DNA of 64,000 nt from Lytechinus pictus (GCF_037042905.1 NC_087245.1:41294001-41358000), one strand, 5' to 3'. Positions 24,162-38,304 are shown, counted from the stretch's first letter. Notes: a model not told the origin generated them from the letters alone. Numbers and translations are program-made.

Positions 24162-25252
24162 GAGAACTGGATGAAATCAAGAATGACATATCAAGTCTTC
24201 GATTTGAGCTCATGGAGCAGCTAAAAGCCCCAAAGACACCCAGTGCACCCCTAGCTCCATCCAGTGCTCCAGCGTTTACCTTCTCGTTTCCGAGTGCGAC
24301 GACTGGTTCATCGTCTACAAAGGGTACAGATATTAGCCATGAGCTGAATGCTCTCAAGGCAAAGGTGACAGAGCTGACTAAACACATAGAGACCCTTACC
24401 AATGCCACATTATCACAGCAAGTAGTTTCTTACCACAATAGTCACAGAGGTAGTTATGATAGGATGGGCCATACAGATCTTGGTACGCGTTGTGGCAGCG
24501 CAAATAGCTTGAGGACATTGGATAGCGATTGCAGTAGGTTGGAGTACGACCTCCAAGGCAGACGGAACTCGTCTCCAAGAGTGCTAGATATTGGGGACAT
24601 CCCGTTGAGCTATGATGGCAGTGAGCGTCAGCAGGAAGTGATTGTCAGACGTCGGAATCGATCAGGACGGAGAACAAGTGCCGATAGTGGTGACACAAGG
24701 CGCGAATCGTTGCAAAGGGCGTACGATGTGACCGACATTGTTGGGTATGGAGATCATGACAAGCAACATAACAATAATAACCCAAGACAAGGTTATGGTG
24801 GCAGAGGGGTAGGTCACACAAGCGACAACAGACGACAATCAAAACCAGCACAGAGTGGCAGGAGTGGGATGTCACATGAACCTGATAAAAGAAGCATATC
24901 CAGGACACTCAGCCGTGGTAGCATCCATGTAGGTTTCGACCTTGAGACACGCCATGACCCCATCTTGCGCGTTGTTGATGAAGACGCGACAAGGATGGAC
25001 TTTGAACCCGACACGTCTTCATCGCGCAATGTGATCCACACAGCACCCGACATGTCAGGGGGCAGCCAATCAAGGGACTTTGAGAGCAGCAAAGAGGTTG
25101 GTGTATCTTATGACTTTGATGAACACCGTGCTGATGGAGGATTGAGGAGTGGTGTGAGGAATGGAAACACAAGGGCGCGTTACACACAAGAACAAGACAC
25201 CCTCGGTGTGCCAACAGGACACTATAACATTGCATTCTCTTTAGATGCCTGA
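24162..25252 (+). CDS. TRPC: TRPC terminal exon, pole coiled coil plus long low-complexity tail
   Basis: ttatag|GA; (G)ELDEIKNDISSLRFELMEQLK... continuing into the 346-aa ORF; stop TGA at 25250-25252. Confidence 0.93.
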
Positions 25253-25350
25253 TGCAAGAATTCTACTTAGCTAACATTGAATTTTAAGCCCTGTATCCAT
25301 TTCACGGAACTGCTCATTTCGTAGTTATCTGGCTTGTAGTGTGGTGACAT

Positions 25351-25844
25351 ATATGCTTTTCACACTGCATTTCCTTAACCCCATACTATCCTTACCCCGG
25401 ACCATCCTTAACCCCATACTATCTTTTTTCGATTCACACTGTCTTTCTTATCCCCATACTATTTGCTTAGCCGGGGTTAACGCCTTAACCCCGGGCAATC
25501 ACACAGCTCATAAATATTGATGATTTTACCATACAGAGCGCGATTAACGTGCAATTTCCACTTCTGTGATTGGCTAATGCTTAGCCCCACTTTTGCTTAG
25601 CCCTGTTTCGTTTCACACTGCATCTCTTAGCACCGCAATTGTGGTGCTAGCACCACAATAAGCCGGCTAACCCTGCTTTTTTGCAGGGCCAGATAGTACC
25701 GTACTATTTACCGTGCTAGCCCACTTTGCTAAAACGTAGTGTGAAAACGAAGTGGGCTAAGCTTAACCCCGGGAAATTGGTGGGGCTATGACCCCCCCTT
25801 AGCCCCACCAATTTAGGACAAAAAGTGCAGTGTGAAAAGCATAT
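25351..25844. mobile_element. TIR element with internal short repeats, about 100 bp after the TRPC stop
   Basis: atatgcttttcacactgca ... tgcagtgtgaaaagcatat; internal repeats of cttaacccc/cttagcccc and ttcacactg. Confidence 0.8.
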
Positions 25845-26691
25845 TAGTGGTTCATTCGCACAACTCGTAAATCAAGGGTTGAAGAAGCTAGTCTATCAAA
25901 GCTGGGGTTCTTATTTCATCGACCAACTCCGCAACACTTCAGATACATGGCAATATTGATAAAGCAAACTGCCTCGGTCTGCAGGAATGACAAATTTTAG
26001 TCTGTCAATTTTTGTACTCCAGATGATTTTATTTTAATTACAGGCTGAAAATGAAATGGAATTTGTAAACAATATTGTTTATTTTTCAAAGGGCAAGGAA
26101 ATGGAAGTGACATTCTTAAGGTAGTATAACGTACTGCACAATTTACCTTGTAAGCTAGAACGTTATAAGGTGGGCATCAGAATTTTCAAGCTTGTGTATA
26201 GTCCGAAAAGAGAATCATGATTATACGGCTCACCTTGATTTATAAGATAAAAATAACATTATTTTGGAATACATATTTATAACCAAAGATTATAATTATA
26301 CTATAGTAATCCAGGAATTAAATATTCAATAGCCTGCCTATAGCCAACACAAAACAATGGGCTATGCATGCAGAACATATAGGCACAGTGACTCTGTGAT
26401 CACTTGTCTTCAAAGTTGTATCTTATAAGCGGATCTTGCAATGGTATACAAAAAAAAGTTTTTTTATTCTTGAAAATGATTTTTCAGAAATCATATTCAC
26501 TGGAATCAGTAAGAAAAACTTTTGTAATAAGCGGCTTGGTTTTTAACAATTCAAGATCGCATCTCTGGCATTGACAGCATGATGTTTCTTTTAGATGAGC
26601 CATTAATATTTTTCATTTGTATAAGACGTCATATTAATTATGCAAACAAGGTTACATCAATATCTTTGGTGGGAGAATCACAAAACGCATA

Positions 26692-27280
26692 TTAAAGGAG
26701 AATGAAACCCTTGAAACCAGCTGAATCCATATCAAAGAGAAAAATCTAAGATACATATTGTTGAAAGTTTGAGGAAGATTGAATGAATAATAAGAAAGTT
26801 ATGAGCATTTGAATATTGAGGTCACTAATGCCATGTAGATCCTCCCATTGGCAATGCGACCAAGATCTGTGATGTCACACACGTACAACTCCCTAATTAC
26901 TTTAGTACTTATTTCACTTATATTCTCACTTTTATAGTCTATCACAAGGTGAGGTGTTCTCTTTATGAGAGGACAAGGACAGAGGTTTCACAACATTATA
27001 TCATTGATGAATCGTTTGTCATATGATTAGAATGAGCAAAAAGAGATGTTTGGGGTATATTTTCAGTGTCCAAAAGGGGAGAGTTGTTCATCTGTGACAT
27101 CATAGATCTTGGTTGCATTGCTAATGGGTGGATCTCCATAGCATTAGTGATATCGACATTCAAATGCTCATAACTCTTCTATTGCTAGTCCTATTTTACT
27201 CAAAACTTTGTTGATCTTATTCTTTGATTTTTCTGCTTTCACAAAAGCTAACTTGCTCCAAGAGTTTCATTCTCCTTTAA
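26692..27280. mobile_element. TTAA-flanked palindromic MITE (Kolobok-like)
   Basis: ttaa|aggagaatgaaacccttg ... caagagtttcattctcct|ttaa with about 190-bp imperfect inverted arms. Confidence 0.85.
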
Positions 27281-30056
27281 TGGCTCATTGTCCATTCTAC
27301 ACCTATAAAAGATTTGGGACAATATGGTCTAATACTGGGCACCTTTCATACTGTACAATATTGGTTAAAGTCTGGCCAACTTGAGTTGGATTAAAATACT
27401 TACAGTTATTGGTTTAAAAATTGCCAATTTACATCAATTTCAACTCGAGTTGGATTAAATTACCCTGCAGGTCAGAGCATTTAATTTTTTGTGGGCAATC
27501 ATTTACCAAAAGTTAATTAGAGTGAATGGACTTTCTCTGGAAAAAAAACATTTGTTGAAACATCTAGATATAGTAGGGGCTATGTGCACTTTGAAATAAG
27601 AAACAAATCATTGATTTGTGGAATTGGGGTATTTCACCATATCAAAATGAATATGTGCAATATTATGTTAGTAATATAATCCCTCGATCAATTCATCAAT
27701 GACAGAAGTGATATCATTCTTTGACAATTTCATAAAAATAGCACAAAGCTTTAGCAATGTGATCAAACATACTTACTAATCCATGTGTATACAATGGGTT
27801 ATATAAATCGAAATACATAGAGATAATTTATTTTTTCCCTTTCAATTGCACATTGAATTATTACATTTGATAGTTTGTTTTTTCTGCATGAAATAAATAT
27901 ATGTATGTTCACAGCTGACCAAATTAGACAAGAATAATATATAACATTCTGGAGTATTTTTTATCAGAGCCTGACTGAACCTAAAGATTGTTCATGGCGG
28001 GTGTTATTAAAAGCCATCTGTGAAGGGGCTTTCACAATTGCTCATGCGATGGGTTGCGATCATTTGGTCACAATATATGTTGCACAGAATCACAACGGTT
28101 GTAAGCAGTCGCACCACCAATTGTGAAAGGGGCTTAAACTACATAAAATAGTGGCAGCACTCTGGGGTGGGACCATGGGAGTAGGGGCAATCAGGGAAAA
28201 TGCCTTACTTAGAACCATCCCCAACTCCCCCCCCCCCCAGTTGTCCCCACCCAAAACTGTTGATGACTGAAAAAATAGGGAGAGTAAATAGTAAGCAGGC
28301 CTAAATATCATATATGCAGCCTGTTCAGACCATGAAGTGCTCTAAAACCACTTTCAATTCTTTATCTAACTTGTTCGCTGTAAGCCACCCTCACACATAA
28401 ATGATAAAAAAAAGTTTCAATCGGGGGGGGGGGGAGGGTGGGTGGATAGGACAATTGCCCACTCCTGCTATATAAGCTTTGCCCTCTATTTCCCCCCTGA
28501 TTTAAATGTCTTGGTACTGCTAAAGCACTGCGCATAGGCAATCACATAGACTCCTTCCATTTTATATTACTTGGAAGACATTTGGCTGATAGTTTGAAAG
28601 TCATCTTTCAGACGTGTGAAGTCCTTTTTATCTCAAACTGGCGCCTTAATTGGGCTAAGCGCCTCTCAGCAAACTATCAACCATATTTGATTTTCTCTAT
28701 CTTGATTACCACCTGCCATATCACCAAGTTGGGCATGTTATTTTTACTCTACGAGAAGTTGTCAGCTTTCTACCTGGTTTCCACTGCTAATTCTCTCATT
28801 TTGTGAATTCTATTTAGTGTCTCACAATGCAAATGTTTAGCCCACAACCATTGTGCTCAGCACTCACACACATTAAGGTGACTCTGGTAAATTGTCCTAG
28901 GCACAATCTTCAACAAAAATCTCATTGTAAACACCTGAATTGACTGGACCATTCCCAAGATGACTAATAAATTCATACTTATTAAACACTCTGGAAGTCA
29001 AGAGAAGTGAGGTTTGTCTTTGAAAATTTTCTAACTAGAAAAAGAAGGAAGAGTGATTAAGAAAGAGAGAGGGAGAGAGCCGGGGGGGGGGGGGAGGGCA
29101 GGGGAGAAGAGAAGGGAGAGAGAATCAACTACTCTGAAATCCGAATTCTATCATATAACCACTGTTACACTTTTCTCCATTATTGGTCCATCTAATCTAG
29201 GCCAACTTTTTTTATACTCGAAATGACAAATCAATCAATCATTGAGAAAACAAATAACGTTCAGTTAACTTTCATACTTTATTAAAACTTCAAACAATAA
29301 TAAATTTTTCCTCCAGAACAAGTGGTTACCCTCATTCATGTCAAGTAAAAATGCATCTCTGAATCATAAATATTGTCATACCACTATCACTGCCAATTAC
29401 TGTAATATTGTAACATGAAACGTACATTAATAATATAAATTCATTGAATCACTTTATTTCAAACAGTATACTCCAAGCCAACAAAACAAAAATAGTGGAC
29501 AATTACAGACAAGCTAATTTCATGCAAGCCGTATGTTTGTATCATACCATAGGTCACAGAAAAATCTTTAATCAGAGTTGGATTTTAAGTATCGTTGCTC
29601 CACATAGCTAAGTATTACCATTGCAAAGAAATTAAATGTTAAAAGCATTGTAGATATGTACTTCAAAAATACTTTAAACAATTTAAATAGAAGCAACATG
29701 TTATAAGAATAATTTTAGTGCACATTATATGAGTTGATAATGGGAGTGTAGATCAAGGAAATTCACCTTGAACTTTTTATACGGAAACTGAACATATAAA
29801 GGCCATTAGGACAAATTTAACAGAACAGGAAATGTGAGTAAAGTTATGAAATGAACATTACATTAAATACATCATATTAAATAGTGTTAAATAGGAGGGG
29901 GGAAAATCGTATGGAATAGACTCGTGCTTGGGTGAATATGATATATAATATTCAGTAGAGTGCAAAACTGAATTTGCAAGAGTGTAACCTCAGCTGGAAT
30001 ACACCCTTCTTTGGTGAGAAAAAGAGATAAACATTGATCATTCTCTATCGTAATCA

Positions 30057-30665
30057 TTAAAGGACAAGTCCACCCCAACAAAAATATCATTTGAATAAAA
30101 AGAGAAAAATCCAACAACCATAACACTGAAAATTTCATCAAAATTGGATGTAAAATAAGAAAGTTTTGAAATTTTTAAGTTTTGCTTAATTTCACAAAAC
30201 AGTTACATGCACATCCTGGTTGTATGCAAATGAGGGAACTGATGACATCACTCACTCACTATTTCTTTTGTATTTCATCATATGAAATATGACATATTCT
30301 AATTTTCTCCTCATTGTCCTGTAAAACAAAGTTTTATTTCTCCCTGAACATGTTGAATTACCATTGCTTAACATTTTATGGTTCAGTCAAGTTGGTCCTT
30401 ATTGTCAAATCTGCAAAAATTGAAATAATGTATAATTCGAACAATAAAAAACAAAAGAAATAGTGAGTGAGGGACATCATCAATCTCTCATTTGCATGTG
30501 ACTAAATTGTGCATATAACTATTTTGTGAATAATAAGCGAAACTTTAACCTGTCATAACTTTCTTATTTTACATCCGATTTTGATGAAATTTTCAGCATA
30601 ATGCTTGTCTGATTTTTCTCCATTGATTCAAATCAACATTTTTGTGAGGTGGACTTGACCTTTAA
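30057..30665. mobile_element. TTAA-flanked palindromic MITE, family A
   Basis: ttaa|aggacaagtccacccc ... gaggtggacttgacct|ttaa. Related partial right ends at about 40080-40250 and 41080-41266. Confidence 0.85.
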
Positions 30666-30879
30666 GTCACCCAGATAGGTTTTTTGTAAATAGCCAAAAT
30701 AGTAATGTGGTTTTGTGATGTGCAGTGGTTGGTTGGGCTTGAAAACGAGAAATATTGAGGTTATTGAAATTGGTTGAACACTGTGGAAGCATCATGGTCG
30801 GTTGGTCTGGGTCCGGTAACACAAAAGATTGTGATTAATCGTATGCTTTATTTATCATATGCTTGATTTTCATAATTGT

Positions 30880-31270
30880 AATAATAACAACAATGGTCAG
30901 TTCTTGTATAGCGCATAATACATTATGAATAACGTCTCTATGCGCTTCCAAAGGACTTGGATATTATTACCCCGGCTTTGATTGTAATAATAATATAAGT
31001 CAGTTCTTGTATAGCGCATAATACACTATGAATAACGTCTCTATGCGCTTCCAAAGGACTTGGCTATTATTACCCCCGCTTTAGCTGGGCTGCCTAGGCA
31101 CTCAAGCATTCAAGGAATTTCTTCCTACCGGGTACCCATCCATTCACCTCACCTGGGTTGAGTGCAGCACAATGTGGATAACTTTCTTGCTGAAGGAAAT
31201 TGCGCCATGGCTGGGATTCGAACCCACGACCCTCTGTTTTGAAGTCAGAAGACTAATCCACGGGCCACAA
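30880..31270 (-). mobile_element. tRNA-derived SINE with L2-like tail, tail tandemly duplicated
   Basis: B box ggttcgaatccc; central cacattgtgctgcactcaacccaggtgaggtgaatgg; tail aagcgcatagagacg...tgcgctatacaagaac present twice. Confidence 0.85.
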
Positions 31271-33556
31271 GGCTCTACTGAACGGTGTAGCCAATGTAAT
31301 AAATCATGAAAAAAATGTTCTACAATGATTGCTAAGCTTTTTTGTGTTACGGGCCCCTTTTCTCACCTTTTAATCAGAGAATTGTGGGTAAGTATCAAGT
31401 CATGACCGTTAGGTACCTTCAGCAAGATATCAATCAACATTGTGTCACACTCGACCCAGGTGGTGAAACGTTGTACCATTGGACATGTATATGCAAAATT
31501 TATTTTTTTAATTTGCGAGCAAGTGAAGCCACAGAGCAATAATTTTAACATTTTCCAACTTTAAGATAGATTTTGACATTGTCAAGAAATAATATATTTC
31601 ACCCTCCTCTCATTCTTTTTCTCTTTTTTTCCAGTTGTGTTTTTTTTTTTTTTTTTGGGGGGGGGGGGGAAATGCCCCAAAGTGCCCCCCACCCCATTCC
31701 TTGAAATGGTTTTGTGCTGGGACAGCAGCCAAGATTTATGGAAAGCTAATGATGACACTAATCTCGTTGAACACTCGGCTGAAAGGATGTGCATATAATC
31801 TTACATAATTATCATTAGTCATTACTACTTTCCTGAAGTAATTGTACTTTGCATTTCCATTGTGATTTGTGATTTTAGCTTCATAGAAACAATTGAAAAC
31901 ATTCTGAGACTAATCAACAAAAAGTAATCTATTATTGCATTTTGAAATGATTGAGCATTACACATATTTAGAAAAAACAATGACGACACATAAAGAAACT
32001 AAGACCTACTTTTGCAAAGAAATGCGAGAATCCAAATCAATTTACTAGCCTGAGTTTATTCAACTTTATACTGTCCAAACTTTTTATTGAGCTTCCATAT
32101 CTCAATTTTCATTCAATACCCCAGATTGCAAAAAATCTGTTATCATAAATTACATTTTTGTAAACAAAATCTAGTAATTATTCATACTTGTACTTTGTGA
32201 AGGCCCATTTTTAGATAAAAACAAATATGTATTCCCTTCAAAAAGAGAATAAAAATCAAATCATTAAACTTCATTCACCTATATCATATGTCAATTCTAA
32301 TTTCCTTTAATTTGCACAAAATAATCATGTATTATCAACCTATACATATATTAAAGATACAATAAACTAAAGACACACATACACAAAATAAATTAGAGAC
32401 AGTATAAGTGTTACATTTTGTGAAAAGCCGTCAAAACCACATTTCAAAATATGAAGATTTTTCAGTATTGGTAGATGCTCTCATGCCGTCCCTATTTGAT
32501 GACACCAAAAAGGCTATTTTTTTCCATACCTGAGCAAACAGGAAGTGTAGAATTACACATTGATAAAGTGGACTATTAAAATTGAAGATATAGCTATCTA
32601 GATTTTGCAGATTTCCTACATCATAGATGTGCTCATACATGACATCATTTAAACACCTCAAGCTCAGCCTGAAGAAGGATTGCGATAAAATCTTTCCTAT
32701 AAAACAAGTTTTTAATGACTTTGAACAAAATTAATGCAAGTTGAATGATGCATTCTCTTTACCATAATTACAATTTTCAATTTTTGCCTGAACTCAGATA
32801 ATATCAGTGTATGTCCTAACAGACATAAAAATGAGTAAAGTAAATGGAAACGAAATGAAGAAATATTCACTTAGCCTCAGCTGTATATATATATACAGTA
32901 TATATGAACTGAAAACTGAACAAAAAACAGGTAAGGATTCTGTTAAGCATGAACAAAAAGTAGTCTGTTTGGTGGCATCTGATAGAGAAGAGAGTAGAAC
33001 ATCTTTTAATTTGAACAAAATCTCCTTCATATTATGAAGAAACATGATTTCAACAGCTCATTAAAAAGTGTAGCATTACACGGACTGTATACACGAACCA
33101 GGTGGGTGTTTCATAAAGCTGTTCAGAAGTTACAAGCGATTTTACGAAAGAGTGGTGATCCTTTCTTGTGGCAAGTGATACACCCAAGATTTCCATTCAC
33201 AATGATTTAGTTCCTAAGGGTCACCAGTCATTCATTAAGTCACTTGTAACTTCAAAAGCTTTATGAAACACCCACTTGGACTATCCCACTTTACAGTTGG
33301 TATTTATCCTGACAGATATGATCCAATAAGTCAGTCTAATTTGTGGAGTATCATTTGGTGATTCAAATGTCACTAAAATCGTGAGAATGAAGCAAGAGCG
33401 AGTTTGCCTTTGTATAACCACTCTACACTACAAAAAACTATTTTTGTTGAAAATTTTGATGATAATTAGCTATTACAAGTCAAAAACTTTGAAGTGTAAG
33501 AGAGAGGTACATGTAATTAAGATCAATTGCAAATAATTTAAGTTTTACATAACCTG

Positions 33557-33826
33557 GGCCCTGTCTTACAAAGAGTTACAATTGATCCAATCAACCTCAA
33601 CTATATGCAAATCCATCAATGTTAGAATTTGTTTTCTTTAGGAAATTTGCACAATGTCCTTGGTAAACATAGAGAAGCACACTGAATTTTCAAGAAAATG
33701 ATGAATGTTTGAATAAACATATCTAGAATATATTTGGAACAAACATGCAGTTGAGATGTGGACATTGATGGCTTTCCATAGTTGTAGTTGATTGGATCAA
33801 TTGCAAATCTTTGTAAGACGGGGCCC
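33557..33826. mobile_element. MITE family C
   Basis: gggccctgtcttacaaagagttacaattgatccaatc ... gattggatcaattgcaaatctttgtaagacggggccc. Confidence 0.8.
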
Positions 33827-34937
33827 TTGTCTGAAATATTTGATAAAGTTAATGAGCCGTGTCAAGACAAGAAGCAACATATCAATGCTTCTTTTTAATA
33901 TTCTGGTTGGAGTGTCATAAAACTGTTCATAAATTACAAGTTTTACAAATGACTGATGGTCCTTTCTTCAGCGCTAAACCAACACCAATGAACATTTGGT
34001 GTATATCATTTACCATAAGAATGGATCACCGGTCGTTCATAAAGCCGTTTGTAACTTATAAACAATATTATGAAACACATGTGGGTGTTTCATAAAGCTG
34101 TTCGTAAAATTACGCACAACTTTACGCTCAAACTTACTCAATTGCATAGGTATATATCACTTGGCATGAGAAAGGGTTACCAGTCGTGCGTAAAGTCATT
34201 CGTATCTTACGAACAGCTTTATGAAACAACCACCAGGCATGGTAAGGCAAATGGCCAGATTTGTCTAATCAAATCCCCATTGTACATTTCGAGTAAAAAG
34301 TTATGTATACAAATAGAAAATAGATGACATCACCATGACATCATAATGATGTCATCACGAGTCAAGTTTCACGAGTCCATTATGTCACAAGTCATTATAA
34401 ATTATGCTTAAACATGTACTGTGCAAGTCAAAGAGCCCTGGGGTACACCATTGGTCAGAGGTAAAGCGACTGATGCACAACCATCTATGCTCACAATCCG
34501 TGAAGAAAGAACACCCCTTTACTGTTCTTTTTAATAAAAATATGGAAAAAAAAAGAGGGATACGGATATTTACCTATCCTAATTTTATCAGAGATATTTT
34601 CTGTCTGCCTCGCAGGCTACGGCTTTATCTAAGCTGTTAGACTAATTATAAGCGATGCATCATATCTCATCTCTTCTATTTATAAGCAATACATCTGATG
34701 CACAAGACTACAAAATGCGGCTGCGAATCAGCCAGTCTATACATTCCTGTCTTGCTTTCAGTTGTTAATTATTTTATCGATCAAGATTTGTTCTTTGTAT
34801 GAAAAACTGCCACTGTGACTGGACATTCTTTGATAAAAAGAAAATGACTAAAGTTATACAGGAGTAAGCAGCCACTGCTCACAATCTTCTGAATCAGATG
34901 TTTCGGGTAACCGCATACTTAGACCCGTAAACACAAA

Positions 34938-35242
34938 GGCCCGTATTCTGAAGTCAGGTTTAACTTAGACCACGGTCTAACTCTGTGTTAAAATTATGGG
35001 GAGCCAAAAATTCAGAAATTGTGTTTATATTGTATATTTCTTATGTTTACTATTTTGTTTCCTTTTGCTTTCAGAAAAATATCTAAGTTATCATTCCTCG
35101 ACAAATATAAATATGTGGATGTCATATGAGTTAATGAATTGAACGTTTACTGTTAGGGATTTCTGCCCCAATTGGTTCTCCATAGTTAAACCACAACTTT
35201 AAACCAGGGTTTAATTTAAACCCAAGTTCAGAATATGGGCCT
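34938..35242. mobile_element. MITE family B
   Basis: ggcccgtattctgaagtcagg ... cccaagttcagaatatgggcc; close copy at 36881-37192 and inverted copy at 44044-44354. Confidence 0.8.
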
Positions 35243-35482
35243 CAGACAATAGCTGCAGACAATGCCTAGGTCATAGGTTGCTGTCTGCCCTGTATTATGT
35301 CAAGTTTGGTCATCATAGGAGGGTGGGGTGTTTGAATAGACCAGTTCGGAGTTACCCCATGGGCAATTTTGGTCAAATGACCTTTCATTTCTTTCATTAT
35401 GATAGGCAGATTTCAAAGCAAGATATTACGTAAGCATGCCTTACATAGCAGAATGCAGAAATTGCAAAGACCAGGTGACTAG

Positions 35483-35964
35483 GGGCCTTTTCACACGAGA
35501 ATCTTGAATCATCATTGTGATGATGATTGCAATTCGTCTTTAGAATCATTGTACCATTCACACGTTCACTCGAAAACTGTGATTTGAATTCGAATTCCTG
35601 AGCGAAGGCAGTATTGTGTCCTTGGTGACTTGTCAATCAAACCCAATCAAAGCACTGCATCGCAAAAAGGAAACTACGATGAGAGCATGACAATTATATT
35701 ATCTACGAAAGTGCTTGAAAGGTCACGTAAGCTCCGCCCCTCAAAAGATGTTTTGGAGGTCAACCCTTTCAGACTTAAAATTTGTACCATAATTTGAGTG
35801 AAACTGAACTGGAGTTTACCTCTGGAGTAGAATTTGAATTCATGATTGTGATTAGCGTTCGTGATTCTAGTTTGGATTCACACGTGTTAAAATTTTGTCA
35901 TTAGAATTATTTTTCACTGGAATCATCATTCAAATAACGATTTCGGTAGCGTGTGAAAGGGCGG
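35483..35964. mobile_element. Harbinger-like MITE
   Basis: tag|gggccttttcacacg ... cgtgtgaaagggcgg|tag; 3-bp TSD. Confidence 0.8.
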
Positions 35965-36880
35965 TAGAATAACACACCATTGAACACTCTATGAAGGCAT
36001 TAGTTACATTCCTACTTTGAATGCATTATGACAATGTACTTGGCCTACTATGGAAAACCCGTCGCTAGTGGATGCATTGTTGTTTTTTGTGGATCTAATC
36101 AAAAGCACAATTCAAAAGAATATATGAATGATCAATTCATCAGAGTCTGTGCTTATCTCATTGAAAATTAAACCACCATGTCACTTGAGTACAAATGACA
36201 TTCTTCTGATCATGCACAGAATGGGACTCTGAACTGGCTTATTAAGGAGGTGAATTTCTTTGGAGGAGTCAATAATTCATGCAGATTCTAATGATTTTAC
36301 TTCAGAACAAACATTGCTGTGACATCTGGATGCTGCAACACCGATGTGGTGGCTCAGATGGTAGAGCGTCCGCTTCACAACCAGGAAGGGTGTTCAACAG
36401 AAAACATTAAAAGATAGGATCTGGCGTTGCTCAGTGGCTGCCGGGCCCATGATCAATTGGGCAAAATGAATTTTGGGAGGGTTTCTATTCCTGATCTCTA
36501 TTTCAAATAAAATATGGATTATTATTATCATAATATTCTCATTGTAAAATCTATCTATGGCAAGCTATGAACTTAAGATCATTAGATCCTGAAATCGAAC
36601 AATCTGATCGGCTGAGAGCAAAATCAATCAAGAAAATCGAGCATATCATTGATTTAAAGTATCAATGATACCAGGGGCCCGTAACACAAAATGTTAGCAA
36701 TCACCGTAGCATATTTCTGGCAATTGATTGCATTGACTACAATGTACAATCAATCGCAAGGATCAAACGTAAGATTAATTACTAATCTTTGTGTTATGGG
36801 ACCCAGATCCAGGCAAACCATCTCTATTTCATCTATGCAATCACTCAAAGACACTCCAAGACAGTCCCACTAAACTCTTT

Positions 36881-37192
36881 GGCCCGTATTCTGAAGTCAG
36901 GTTTGAATTAGACCACGGTCAAACTGTGTGCTAAATTTATGGAGAGCCAAAAGTTCAAAAATTCTGTTTATATTGTACTTTTCTTATGTTTGCTTTTTTG
37001 TTTCCTTTTGCTTTCATAATGAAGAATAATACTTCAGTTATCATTCCCAGACAATTATGAACAATTTGGGTGTCAAATGAGTTAATAAATTGAATGTGTA
37101 TTGTTAAGGATTTGTACTCCAATTGGCTCTCCATAGATAAACCACAACTTTAAACCAGGGTTTAATTTAAACCCGGGTTCAGAATATGGGCC
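36881..37192. mobile_element. MITE family B
   Basis: ggcccgtattctgaagtcagg ... cccgggttcagaatatgggcc. Confidence 0.8.
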
Positions 37193-37791
37193 TTTATCCT
37201 TTAGCTACTGTTCAGAAGAAAATAACATTTAAATTAACATTCCACTATATTCCACTACCATCACATCCATTTCCAAGCACCAAAAGACAGACTTATTTCA
37301 CCCCTTTCATTCATGTATGAGCGCTCAACATTAAGCACTCTGCAATGATCACTCAACGGCTTATACTCGTTTTGACGCAGAATAAGTACACAGTACTGAC
37401 AGTGCCAGCGGTACCAGTATTTTGAAGAAAAAAAATGAGGAGTGCAGATTACTATTTTAGATTTATCTTTATCAATATCCTTGCATAATGGATTATAACA
37501 TAGAGGGGCGTGTTCCTTGCATCCCTGCCTTTAATATGCCACTGGTACTAAGTTGCAATACTCCCCAGGTCAAAGCAGCCTTCACTCCTCAGCTACAACT
37601 GTAAATTAATGCATTTCACGGTGACAGTCGGCAAATTTGGAGTACGGCCGATATGCCGGATAAAAACAGGCAACATTGTTGGCTTTGATATCCTTGCTTA
37701 GTACCTCTTGGCTCCATGTGACGCGTGGAGGTCGGTCTTCACAATGATCATCCAAGATAGCTTGTTCCGGCATATCACACCCCAAGCTGTT

Positions 37792-37971
37792 TTAATCACT
37801 TATATCCTGAACATATAACATTTCACGATGGTTCAAACCTGCATCGCCTATAGAGGGCACCATTTCATTTTCCTCGGTGGGTAAGCATTGGAGTACCCGG
37901 CGAGGGTAGTTCGTTTGGAGCTGGAACTCGTCTGGCACTTCATCTTGGACAAATACATAATCATACAGGAC
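37792..37971 (-). CDS. FAF2: FAF2 terminal coding exon, second half of UBX domain
   Basis: ttccag|GTC; VLYDYVFVQDEVPDEFQLQTNYPRRVLQCLPTEE...GLNHREMLYVQDISD*; stop TAA at 37794-37792. Confidence 0.95.
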   Translation of the reverse strand, partial: VLYDYVFVQDEVPDEFQLQTNYPRRVLQCLPTEENEMVPSIGDAGLNHREMLYVQDISD

Positions 37972-37996
37972 CTGGAATATCAATAAAAAACATTTA

Positions 37997-38304
37997 TAAT
38001 AATAATAATACACAGTTCTTGTATAGTGCATATCACAATTATGAATAATGTCTCTATGCGCTTCCAAAGGACTTGGATATTATTACCCCAGCTGTAGCTT
38101 GGCAGCCGTAATTACTAAGATTACAGCGCACACGCATTCCAAGAAGTAAATTTCTGCCAGGTACCCATTCACCTCACCTGGGTTGAGTGCAGCACAATGT
38201 GGATAAATTTCTTGTCGAAGGAAATTACGCCATGGCTGGGATTCGAACCAACGACCCTCTGTTTCATAGTCCAGAGACCAATCCACTGGGCCACAACGCT
38301 CCAC
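37997..38304 (-). mobile_element. tRNA-derived SINE, same family as 30880-31270
   Basis: gtggagcgttgtggcccagtgg ... ggttcgaatccc ... gggtacc ... aagcgcatagagac ... (tta)n. Confidence 0.88.

Noticed and set aside
24139..25235. Antisense ORFs overlapping TRPC exons (also 9060-9326, 12146-12553, 19148-19432)
   Set aside because: Shadow ORFs of GC-rich coding exons with no independent signals.
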